The position numbers and the translations under genes were made by a program. DNA of 62,885 nt, filler included, from Choristocarpus tenellus KU-1152 (taxonomy: Eukaryota; Protista; Phaeophyceae): the NCBI GenBank assembly GCA_964200185.2. It is 7 parts of 7 records of this genome, joined end to end, with 100 filler letters (N's around TTAATTAATTAA, not from the genome) between each part and the next. Parts side by side here need not be neighbours in the genome. Positions count along the whole stretch, not along the records: positions 29,555 to 39,231 come from CAXNAD020003478.1; positions 39,332 to 43,278 come from CAXNAD020016997.1; positions 43,379 to 54,383 come from CAXNAD020002568.1; 4 more parts are not named here. One strand, given 5' to 3'. The notes below the pieces were generated by a model. The model did not search any database and was not told where the DNA came from. It saw only the letters and a program-made list of their open reading frames with translations. Below are positions 38,801 through 47,893 of the stretch, one piece after another (position 1 is the first letter of the stretch; the number at the start of each line of letters is the position of its first letter).

Positions 38801-38971
38801 TGTGCGTTTTTTGTAGGAGAGGATGATGGAGGATATGGGGGGGGACGCGATGACTACGATAGGGATTTCGGATCGGCCTACGGCCCAGGAGGGGGAGATG
38901 GTCTATCTGAGGATGGGCAGCAGGGGGGAAACTGGCAGCAGTACCTCAACAACTACTTCGATGACAAGTAG
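32822..38971 (+). CDS. Plastid-targeted RNA-binding protein with six S1 domains (ribosomal protein S1-like / PSRP-7-like), complete, 14 exons, 730 aa
   Basis: Exons: 32822-33103, 33340-33492, 33868-33948, 34180-34305, 34625-34726, 35005-35082, 35199-35544, 36328-36494, 37087-37227, 37445-37594, 37791-37952, 38086-38217, 38355-38472, 38817-38971; 2193 nt in phase. N-terminus [22 protein letters not shown]|FLV is a signal peptide plus ASAF-type motif. Six copies of the S1 pattern GxVxx(I/V)xx(Y/F)G(A/V)F(V/I)...G(L/F/M)(V/L)HIS. Gly/Asp-rich tail. Confidence 0.93.
37595..37790 (+). other. GC-AG intron in the S1-domain gene
   Basis: Donor CAG|GCAAGA joined to acceptor CTCAG|GTG gives [19 protein letters not shown]. 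The other S1 repeats have GT introns at the same position (DILN|VGDKV, DIVQ|IGQEV). Confidence 0.85.
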
Positions 38972-39331
38972 AACGACTGTTCTGACACTATCAGTTAGTT
39001 GACTGGTTGTTAGAGTGAAAGTCCAAAAAAAGGAGTTGTAGGCGAGCAGGGGGGTGGTGTATGTGCTAGCTCATTAGCTTGCGTATTGATCTTTTGGAAG
39101 GGTTACACTTTGTGTGAATTCTTTTGAGAAAGTGACTACTTTTAGTTTCGAGTTGATTTTGAAGGGGGGGGTGGTTGATAATGGGGGCTGTGTATTGCTG
39201 ATTGGTCATCAAAGTGTGATGGGTAGAGAGTNNNNNNNNNNNNNNNNNNNNNNNNNNNNNNNNNNNNNNNNNNNNTTAATTAATTAANNNNNNNNNNNNN
39301 NNNNNNNNNNNNNNNNNNNNNNNNNNNNNNN

Positions 39332-39477
39332 TGTTCCAGACACACCTTTTCATGACGTATACATTTTACCTACTCCGAAATATTTTGGAGTAGGAAAATG
39401 TCAAAAAAAAACGAGGGAAGCCAAGTCCCAAATGGACGAACAGGGCAAAACTTGTACCCTCCAAGACACTTTCACTC
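39332..39477 (+). mobile_element. MITE family A, partial (left part in gap)
   Basis: Internal CCTACTCCGAAATATTTTGGAGTAGG hairpin; right TIR GTACCCTCCAAGACACTTTCACTC. Confidence 0.8.
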
Positions 39478-40098
39478 TTGCAGTGGTGGTGGCCGTTCTA
39501 GGAGCCATGGATACAGCAGCAGAAGGTACATATTCCTGATGCACTTTAGAAGAACAGATATCGCTTGGATTAGATTTTTTTTTTCAACAAAGAGAGATAA
39601 AAAGGTCTCTTCTCTTCAACAAGCAGTCGTGATTCTTCTACCTTGTAGAGCAACATTGGGACTGAGAGTACACCATTCCATGTACATGTCCTCGTGTTTG
39701 TTTGTTCTGAGGGTTACAAGTATATCAGAAAACGCACGCAGGCATGCTACACGGACCAAAGTGCCTCACTGAACTCCAACATGGATCCTCTCATCACAGA
39801 TTACACTTGAAAATCTGTCTTTGGTCTTGAATTATTAAATCAACACAAGATTTTGTAGTTGTTTTTTTATTTCCCAAGAATGAGGAGTAGTATAAAGGAT
39901 AGATATCTTGTTTGAGGATGAATGAGGTGTTGTAGGATAGATAAACTCGCCCTATTGGTCGGGCATGGCATATAGGTCAATTCTATTGGTGTGATTGTTG
40001 CTCGACGCGTTTTTGTCACCTACCCCATGAGGTTATAAAAATTGTGTAAATACTTCATTTATTTATTTGTTTTTTGGGGGAGTTCTTTGAAGCTATGA

Positions 40099-40397
40099 GA
40101 CCCAAAGTATCTGGGGGAGGGGCGGGGGGCGGGGGGAAGGGGATCTACACTATGGTGGACATTTGGCCCATAACCAGGAAAAATGCACTTACGTTATTCA
40201 TCCAATGTATGCAACCAAATCGCATAAAAATCGCGACATGAAAAGATTGACCCCAAATGGACAGCCGACACTCCCCCCCCCCCCCAACTCTGTTGACCCT
40301 GTTGTCTTCTCCCTTGATTGTTGTTTGCTACTGAAGACAGAATCGTTGCCCGCAAAGGGGTGGCGGGCCGCCGCCCCCCCCCCAGATATTTTGAGCC
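40099..40397 (+). mobile_element. MITE family B copy with ~100-bp internal insertion
   Basis: Family B termini present; unrelated sequence inserted at ~40286-40360. No TSD visible. Confidence 0.75.
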
Positions 40398-40847
40398 TGT
40401 TGTCATCGCCCTCAATTTAAATCTTAACTAGAATCAAGAATCGTGGTAGTGATTGCAGTGGGTGAGGATGAAGAGTGATCCAACCGGGATGTCGTCGGTG
40501 TGGACTGGGAAGTATTGGCACCAGGAAAGAGGGGGAAACTTGCCACCTCCCACTGTAGAGGGTGAATGTACCCTAGAGGGGGAATGGTTTTGGCCTATTG
40601 AATTATTGTTCAACCGTTATTAACCTTGTGCCTGACCCTCAATTTCTATGCTGAAAATGGTTGCAGTTACATTATATTCAGTTGCTGTGGGTGTGGAAGA
40701 CACCCTCCGGGTTAGAGGCATGTCTTATATTGTCATAGGTTTGAGAGTGAAAGGATTTGCACGTAAGTGATTGAAAGGCCAAAAGAAGGCTCTCCTTCAG
40801 ATAGGCCACTGCAATCCAACCATTGCGCCGTGTAGGGTACTTTAACT

Positions 40848-41140
40848 GAGTGAAAGTATCTTAGAGGGTAAGAGTTTTGCCCTGTTTGTCCCTTTGGTGC
40901 TTGGTTCCTCATGAGTTTTTTTTATGACATTTTCCTACTCGAAAATATTTCGGAGTAGATAGAATGTATACGTTATGGAAAGGTGTGTCTGGAACATGGA
41001 TATTGACACTTCCTAACAAATACAATAGGTAAAATTACATCAAAATCAAAACATTGGATAATTGACACTCCCGAACAAACACGATAGGTAAAATTACATC
41101 AAAGTCAGAACATTGGATTTTGACCCTCAAATGGACAGCA
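40848..41140 (-). mobile_element. MITE family A, reverse orientation, truncated at one end, with a ~60-bp internal duplication
   Basis: Starts GAGTGAAAGTATCTTAGAGGGTA. The GGATA...TTGACACT...ATAGGTAAAATTACATCAAA block is duplicated. Confidence 0.8.
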
Positions 41141-41237
41141 CACTCTGTAGGAAATGTAAAAGGAGGGATAATTTAGTCTGAGGGAACTTGACCCCAGGCA
41201 CCCTAGTCTGCGAAGACCCTGTCGAGAATTTGGATCT

Positions 41238-41419
41238 GACCTAATGTATCTGGGGAGGGGGCGGGGGTCTACACCAGGGTGTCCATTTGGGCCAAGATCA
41301 AGAAAAGTGTATTTACATCATCTGTCCAACATATGCAACCAAATCACCCAAAAATCGCGACACGAAAAAATTGCCCCCAAATGGACAGCCACCACCCCCC
41401 CCCCAAGATACTTTGAGCC
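41238..41419 (+). mobile_element. MITE family B, full copy (182 bp)
   Basis: GACCTAATGTATCTGGGG...CCCAAGATACTTTGAGCC; flanks ATCT/ATAT (4-bp TSD with one mismatch). Confidence 0.8.
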
Positions 41420-42873
41420 ATATTGATCAATTCACAAAATGAGTTCTTGTGTGTTTCCAGCATATGCACCTAATTGAAAAGCACCTACGCTTATATTTTG
41501 ATGTTGCACAAGAGGGTATAATAACAACAAAATGGAGTCAAATGCTCCGACCGATCCGAAAAACCAAGGTAGCGACCCCACCCCTAAGGGAACCAGGGAC
41601 TTTCCCGCCTACCTAGTAGGTAATGTCAGATTTTCATCGGATGTAGAGGGGGGGGGGGAGATTGACTAGACTTGAACGCGTCCATGTGCATTGAATGCAG
41701 TCAAAATATTCTCACGTAGCATATTGTATGCCTGATGTATAGTCAACCCTCTCATTGTGTGCCAAGAGGTCAGAGAGTAGTGTCCTAGTTGTTGACAAAA
41801 CACACAATGACACCCCATACACCGCCCTTTCTTCGATTGAGGTTTGAGTGTGGCTCCCTCCTTCAGACACCAAAAATGAAAAGGGAACAGCAAAGTATTG
41901 ATTTAAAGCACGTCGGGCCCATGCAGTTCCGAGATTTGAAAAACGTACAAGTTTGCTCAAATTGATTGGCATGTCATATATATATATATATATATATATA
42001 TTTATTCGTGCTTGCCTTAGTGGGTTCTTGTTGTCGAGTTTTCTTGCCCGTGCTGAGGAGGAACATCACGGATGTAACTGACGGTATCGCCCCCACGTAA
42101 ACAGTGCCTCAAACGCCCAAGTATGGTTTGTACCAGGTTTAGAGCGCACCGCAAATGCAGCAGAGCTGTATCGTGCTATCCCAGGTTTATGCCCCACGTG
42201 TTCTACCAAGCAATTGTGTTAATATACTACATATTATCAGAAGAATTAAGCAACAGCAACAAAAAAAAACGTGGCCCTAACTACAATCCTCGTCCAAAAC
42301 ATCAAACGGGCATGATCCATTCTATTTTGTCCAAAATTGCTATTTCTAGAGGCAAAGTACGGAAGTCAGTATTGTAGAAATACAGTACCTATATTATTTG
42401 CAACAAACAAACAAAAAGTGCCGCAATTGGAATATGCAATATAACTGCACCCCCCCAAAAAATAAGGGATTTGTTAGTTGAAGTTGTGGTCTAGTTTGAA
42501 CTACCCCAGGATTTTACTTGCCATCACATGAGCGTCCAGAGCATTGGTTTCATACCTGTGGATGGTTCAAGGAAAAAAAGAAAAACAAGGAGAAATCTTA
42601 ACGGACAATGTAGATATATTTACAGTATACAATTATTGTCAAGAAAAATGTAATGACCATGGTCAAAACATTGCGTATCCAGGACAACCACATATAATTC
42701 TAGCAAACTCACACACACATACATATGCACACTTCACATATGCACACAACACGTTTGCATGAAGGTACAGGACCTGTATGTACTACCTCGAAACATGAAA
42801 CATGTGACTACTAGAACCCTATTTGACTACAAGAGTTCCTTGCCCACCCGCACTCCCACTCCCACTACCCAAG

Positions 42874-43026
42874 ATTGCTTGCGGTCCAAACTTTTGCCTG
42901 GCTGTGACTGGCGGCTGCCTCTGGTCCTGGGGCTCCGGAGATGGGTTTGTTCTTGGTCATGGAGATGCTAGAAAGAGGGAGACACCTACTCCAGTGGAGT
43001 ATCTCAAGGGATCCGTCGTTCTTCAG
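42874..43026 (+). CDS. Isolated internal exon encoding an RCC1-like repeat
   Basis: AAG|...|GT phase-0 exon: IACGPNFCLAVTGGCLWSWGSGDGFVLGHGDARKRETPTPVEYLKGSVVLQ, matching the RCC1 pattern IACG..h.lav....vwsWG.g...LGhG......P..V. Other exons not found. Confidence 0.8.
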
Positions 43027-43222
43027 GTGAGGTGATATATAGGATCTCAGAGTTAGTGCTGTACTGTGCAGTACTGAGAGACAAAAGACTGCTATGCTGC
43101 GTCCTCCTGGTCTCCAGCACCTTTGTACCTTTGTAATATTTTGCTTAACTTAATACATGACTTGTTGTGAAACCCTTCACTCAAGTAGTGAAAAAAAATG
43201 CGAGTGTGCTCGATATAAGAGA

Positions 43223-43278
43223 GACTCAAAGTATCTGGGAGGGGGTGGTGGCTGTCCATTTGGGGACAATTTTTTCAT
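43223..43278 (-). mobile_element. MITE family B end, cut by gap
   Basis: GACTCAAAGTATCTGGGAGGGGGTGGTGGCTGTCCATTTGGG is the reverse complement of the family B right end. Confidence 0.75.
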
Positions 43279-43378
43279 NNNNNNNNNNNNNNNNNNNNNN
43301 NNNNNNNNNNNNNNNNNNNNNNTTAATTAATTAANNNNNNNNNNNNNNNNNNNNNNNNNNNNNNNNNNNNNNNNNNNN

Positions 43379-43742
43379 ACTTACATACTCATCTTACCAT
43401 ATCAACTTACATACTCATCTTACCATATCAACTTACATACTCATCTTACCATATCAACTTACATACTCATCTTACCATATCAACTTACATACTCATCTTA
43501 CCATATCAACTTACATACTCATCTTACCATATCAACTTACATACTCATCTTACCATATCAACTTACATACTCATCTTACCATATCAACTTACATACTCAT
43601 CTTACCATATCAACTTACATACTCATCTTACCATATCAACTTACATACTCATCTTACCATATCAACTTACATACTCATCTTACCATATCAACTTACATAC
43701 TCATCTTACCATATCAACTTACATACTCATCTTACCATACCA
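43379..43742 (+). repeat. 26-bp tandem satellite (ACTTACATACTCATCTTACCATATCA), 14 visible units, running into a gap
   Basis: 13 identical units and a final variant ending ATACCA; no spacers. Confidence 0.97.
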
Positions 43743-44952
43743 ACGTTATTCTCCAGTCGTACTCTCAGCAACTTCAGTACAGGGCACAGATTTCCACCTG
43801 CCCTACCTGATTGGTACTTCATATCCATCAACCAAAAGCAATGGGCCTTCTATATTGTGATGGTTGTCCGACTGTTATGTTTGTCACCATGATCAGCCCC
43901 AGTCCCTTCCCACTGCTCCATCCCATCCCAGAGTCAACCTTGTCTGTATTTTCTTGCTTCTTGAAGTAGGAGTGTGCTGAGCCTTGCACTTGGTGGCAAA
44001 AAGATTTTTCCGTGTAGACATGAAAGCATTCCCTTCAACTTCTTGCTCAGAATTCAGTCAGGAATCTGCGAAGCACGTGCTTGCCTCTCCCTCCATAATT
44101 GCGGATCTACGGACAAAATAAATCTGAAGGTGTGAGGGTTGTGTAACTGAACCAGTTCTGCGACATATACCTACATCAATCTCGTTTGGGAGTGTAACTT
44201 GGTTGCCTTTGGTCGAAGGGATGCTGAGGTTCGATCCTGGTTGAAGATCATTTTTTTCCGAGCAATAATTTTAGAACAACGGTGTAACACTCTCCCCTCC
44301 CTGTAGTCAATGAAGTGCAAATTGTTGGGAGCATAAATCACTTGTCCTAAACTACCACCTAGTAGAAAAATGAATAGACGAAGACACCAAAGTGTGGTAA
44401 TGGAGGTGGGTCCTGTGTTTTTGAGGCCGAAGGGTGCAGAAAAGTATTCTCTACTTGAGCTCACAAAAGGGCATGATGAGGAGAGTATGGAATGGGTGCA
44501 TTTCTTGGCTGTTACAATGTGACCTTATGACCAACTTCCTCTACCAAAATTATGGAGACTGCAAGAGTATCTGTTCTCCTGCATTGCATACAAACTTCAT
44601 ACCCCCATTAACGATGTTTGAAGCACAGGCTGTGTGTGCGTTTGTGTGTTTATTGTTTTGTTGCAAGGCAGACAATGGACATTTGTCCAGATCTGTTACT
44701 ACTTTTACTCTGATACATTACACACATAAGCGAACTGATTCCTCCAACCACCCAAAAGTGGTTATACTGTATGATGCAAGACAGTTCAAATCTACAGTAG
44801 TTTTATAGTAGCCTACAGCAATTCACATAATCTTGACACCACAAAGCCTTCTCTTCTGTTAATACTTTATAATAGCCACCAGCAACAGAAAGGAAATTGT
44901 CAGGAAACGGTACAATAAACAGTTGTTGACCTTGACACAGCTCAACAAAACG

Positions 44953-45210
44953 GAGCCAAAGTATCTTAGAGGGTAGAGCCGCGTCCATTTCGGGGTCAAA
45001 TTCGAATGTTCTGATTTTGATGTAATTTTGACTATCATGTTTTTGAGGAAGTGTCAATATCCTTGTTCCGGACACACCTTTTGATCACGTGCAAATTTTA
45101 CCTACTCCGAAACATATCGGAGTAGGAAAAAGTAATAAAACACCTGTGGAAAGCCAAGTCCCATATGGACAAACAGGGCAAAAATCGTACCCTCTAAGAT
45201 ACTTTCACTC
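44953..45210 (+). mobile_element. MITE family A, full copy (258 bp)
   Basis: GAGCCAAAGTATCTTAGAGGGTA...TACCCTCTAAGATACTTTCACTC. No clean TSD. Confidence 0.88.
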
Positions 45211-46126
45211 TAACCCCAGGATATCAATAAAAAGCGAGACAACTCTTCCTGCCTCTTCAAGAAGAATCGCCCAGCAACCCATCTCCTTGCCCTGGATGTA
45301 CGGGGAGATAAGCAGCAAGCCCATGCCTTACGATCCAATCTGGAAACACAATGACACGATGGGCATGCACTATCTGGACCCCCACACCAAGAAAAGAGTC
45401 TGCCATACAAACGCTCATTGCGAACAACATGCTCAGAGGTATTATCGCCTACAAGCGTACAGATTGTGTTCGCCGCTTCTTATTTTCGCATGCACCCAAT
45501 CCACAAAGTGTCCCACGCCATCTAGGTTTCGAGCCAAAGAATCTGTGAGGGTACGGCCACGTCCAAATGAGGTCCAGAATCCAATGTAACGATTTCGAGA
45601 AGCAGATGTTTAAATATGTTAGGAGCATAATGTGAATATTGAGCATGATAAAATCGTATTTTTCCATGTGAATTTCATCGCCGCTTCAATCAGTTTGTGT
45701 GGGTTGGTACGAAGTGAGGCATGAATACAGGAGTAGACTAATGTTCGAAGGAGAGAATGAAAATAAATGTGAACACGAGTCATCCGCCCTGATCTTGTTG
45801 GATGTAGTGCATTGAAAAAAGCACATGCTGAATGGGATATGTTAATGATTGTAACATTATAGTGCTTATTCGTATCTGGAGCCTCTAAATAAGGCGACGA
45901 ATTTTGGTCGCTCCACTCTGAAAAGGACCATAGCCTTCCTCTTGATGAGAATTTTGATATCCTCCACCTGCATAGTTTACCATGGTAAACGTTTCACATA
46001 TTTTTGATGCTGATTCGAACCTAGAGTTATGTGTATGTTTATGTATCCATGCAAACTGTGTGGAGGTTAATTATCCTCCCTTGGATCGCTTCGTACACCT
46101 TTTGGAATTCCTCCTCCCGATGGACT

Positions 46127-46385
46127 GAGTGAAAGGATCTTAGAGGGTACAACTTTTGCCCTGTTTGTCAAATTGGGGCTTGGTTTCCGATGGGTTCTTT
46201 TTAGGACATTTTCCTACTACGAAATGTTTCGGAGTAGGGAAAGCGTATACATTATGAAAAGGTGTGTCTAGAACATGGATATTGGTTCTTTCTAACAATC
46301 ACAATAGTCAAACTTACATCAAAATCACAAGATTGGATTTTGACCCCAAATGGACGCAGCTGTACCCCCTAAGATACCTTGGCTC
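46127..46385 (-). mobile_element. MITE family A, full copy, reverse orientation (259 bp)
   Basis: GAGTGAAAGGATCTTAGAGGGTAC...GTACCCCCTAAGATACCTTGGCTC. Flanks share only ACT. Confidence 0.88.
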
Positions 46386-46749
46386 ACTACCTGGTGTAGT
46401 CCTCCAGTTACCTGATCCACTACCGAACTACCTCCAACTAGTGCAAAGTTTTGATGCACAGAAAACAAGCAAGAGAGGGCAATCACATCTGAGTCATCCG
46501 AATGTAATTGTCACCTAGGTCATCATCAACCTAATTGCAGAGTGTAACACAATTAGAGTTCATGTCGACGAAGGCATCACCATAAGTCACTGCTCTTGAC
46601 AGGAGCAGTTTTGCTACCTGCTTGATTTCGAGATCGAGACAAAAGGGTGGGAGACAGAAGGAATGGCATGTAAGCTAATATGCACGAGTGTGTGATGATA
46701 TATTAAAAGCTAGAATCCACCCCTGATGTATAGAGTCGTACCTTTTCAG

Positions 46750-47634
46750 TTAGCACATATGGCGTCTTCTTCCACTTCTCTTCCTGGACTTTGAATTTGA
46801 ACCTTGCATGTCTTCGCCTTCCTCCTCCTCCGCGTACCCCTCTAGTTCCTTACATCACAGGTCTTTTACGATCTGCTTTGCAAACCTCAGTTTTTCGCAT
46901 AGATCTTCCACATGCACTCGATATGGCGGTCGTCCGCAACGGACAATAGAATGCGATCGGTCAATTATTTTATTACCACCCCATCCATCTCCCCAAAGTT
47001 TAAAGGTGTTCTCCTGTTCCCTGCTCTCATTAACAGAACTTTCAGGATGATTGCCCGTCATTAGCCGTTGAAGCAGAATATAAGGTTGTCCTCTAGGACT
47101 GGATCCTTTAAACATTCACTGGGATCGTGAGTAAGAGACCCAGGTGCAATGTACTCGCCAAGCATGTAACCAACAGGACAGTTCTCGTGAGCCCCACCTT
47201 CCCTCTCATGGACTTCTAAACTCGTTCATGTCCTTTCACTTCGAGCAGATGGAGAACTGTTGGCTGCCCAGGATGTCGGATAACGTTCTAGTGGTATCCT
47301 CAGTATCACCTCCAAGCCTTTGGAGGATGTTGCTCACCCTCTTGAAATCAAAAGGTTGGCGTCGTAGATGTTGATCAGTTGACCTGAGTTGACAAGTCGT
47401 AGCAGATAGGTGCAGGTTAGGTTGGAAACCGCGATGTGAACGGTCTCTGTTCCTTCTTCACTTATGCTTCATTAGAGCTGGGGAGTCAAGCAAGGGGAAT
47501 GGACATTGGGAAGGAGGGTGAGGGCTGAAAAGATTAGTTAATTCCATTTGTTGCAGCACGCGAAAAAAGTAGACTAATGTTTTCAAATCCGTCATGTTAC
47601 GGATTCTTCATAGAAATGTTTCAAAGATGATTTG
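46750..47634 (-). pseudogene. Decayed coding-like segment of unknown origin
   Basis: One frame of 294 codons interrupted only by six TGA codons; protein-like composition; abuts a MITE. Family not recognised. Confidence 0.4.
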
Positions 47635-47635
47635 C

Positions 47636-47893
47636 GAGTCAAAGTATCTTTGAGGGTAGAGTCACGTCCATTTGGGGGCCAAAACCAAATGTTGCGATTT
47701 TGATGTAGTTTTGGCTATCGTGTTTGTTAGGAAGTGTCAATACCCTTGTTCCGAACGCACCTTTTCCTAACACATACATTTTACCTACTCCGAAACGTTT
47801 CGGAGTAGGAAACTGTCATAAAGATACCGTGGGAAGTCAAGTCCCAAATGGACAAACCGGGCAAATCTCGTACCCTCTAAGATACTTTCACTC
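47636..47893 (+). mobile_element. MITE family A, full copy (258 bp), TSD TTGC
   Basis: TTGC|GAGTCAAAGTATCTTTGAGGGTA...TACCCTCTAAGATACTTTCACTC|TTGC. Confidence 0.9.

Noticed and set aside
32822-38971. Bacterial contamination or recent HGT of rpsA
   Set aside because: The gene has 13 spliceosomal introns and a eukaryotic bipartite targeting peptide.
43379-43742. CRISPR-like array
   Set aside because: Units are directly adjacent with no spacers, there are no cas genes, and the context is eukaryotic.
45089-45589. Family of similar short ORFs (e.g. QVPNGQTGQ..YPLRYFHS, HNQEKCT) at 28.7, 39.4, 40.2, 45.1, 47.7, 58.9 and 59.8 kb
   Set aside because: The similarity comes from non-coding MITE copies; no transposase motifs.
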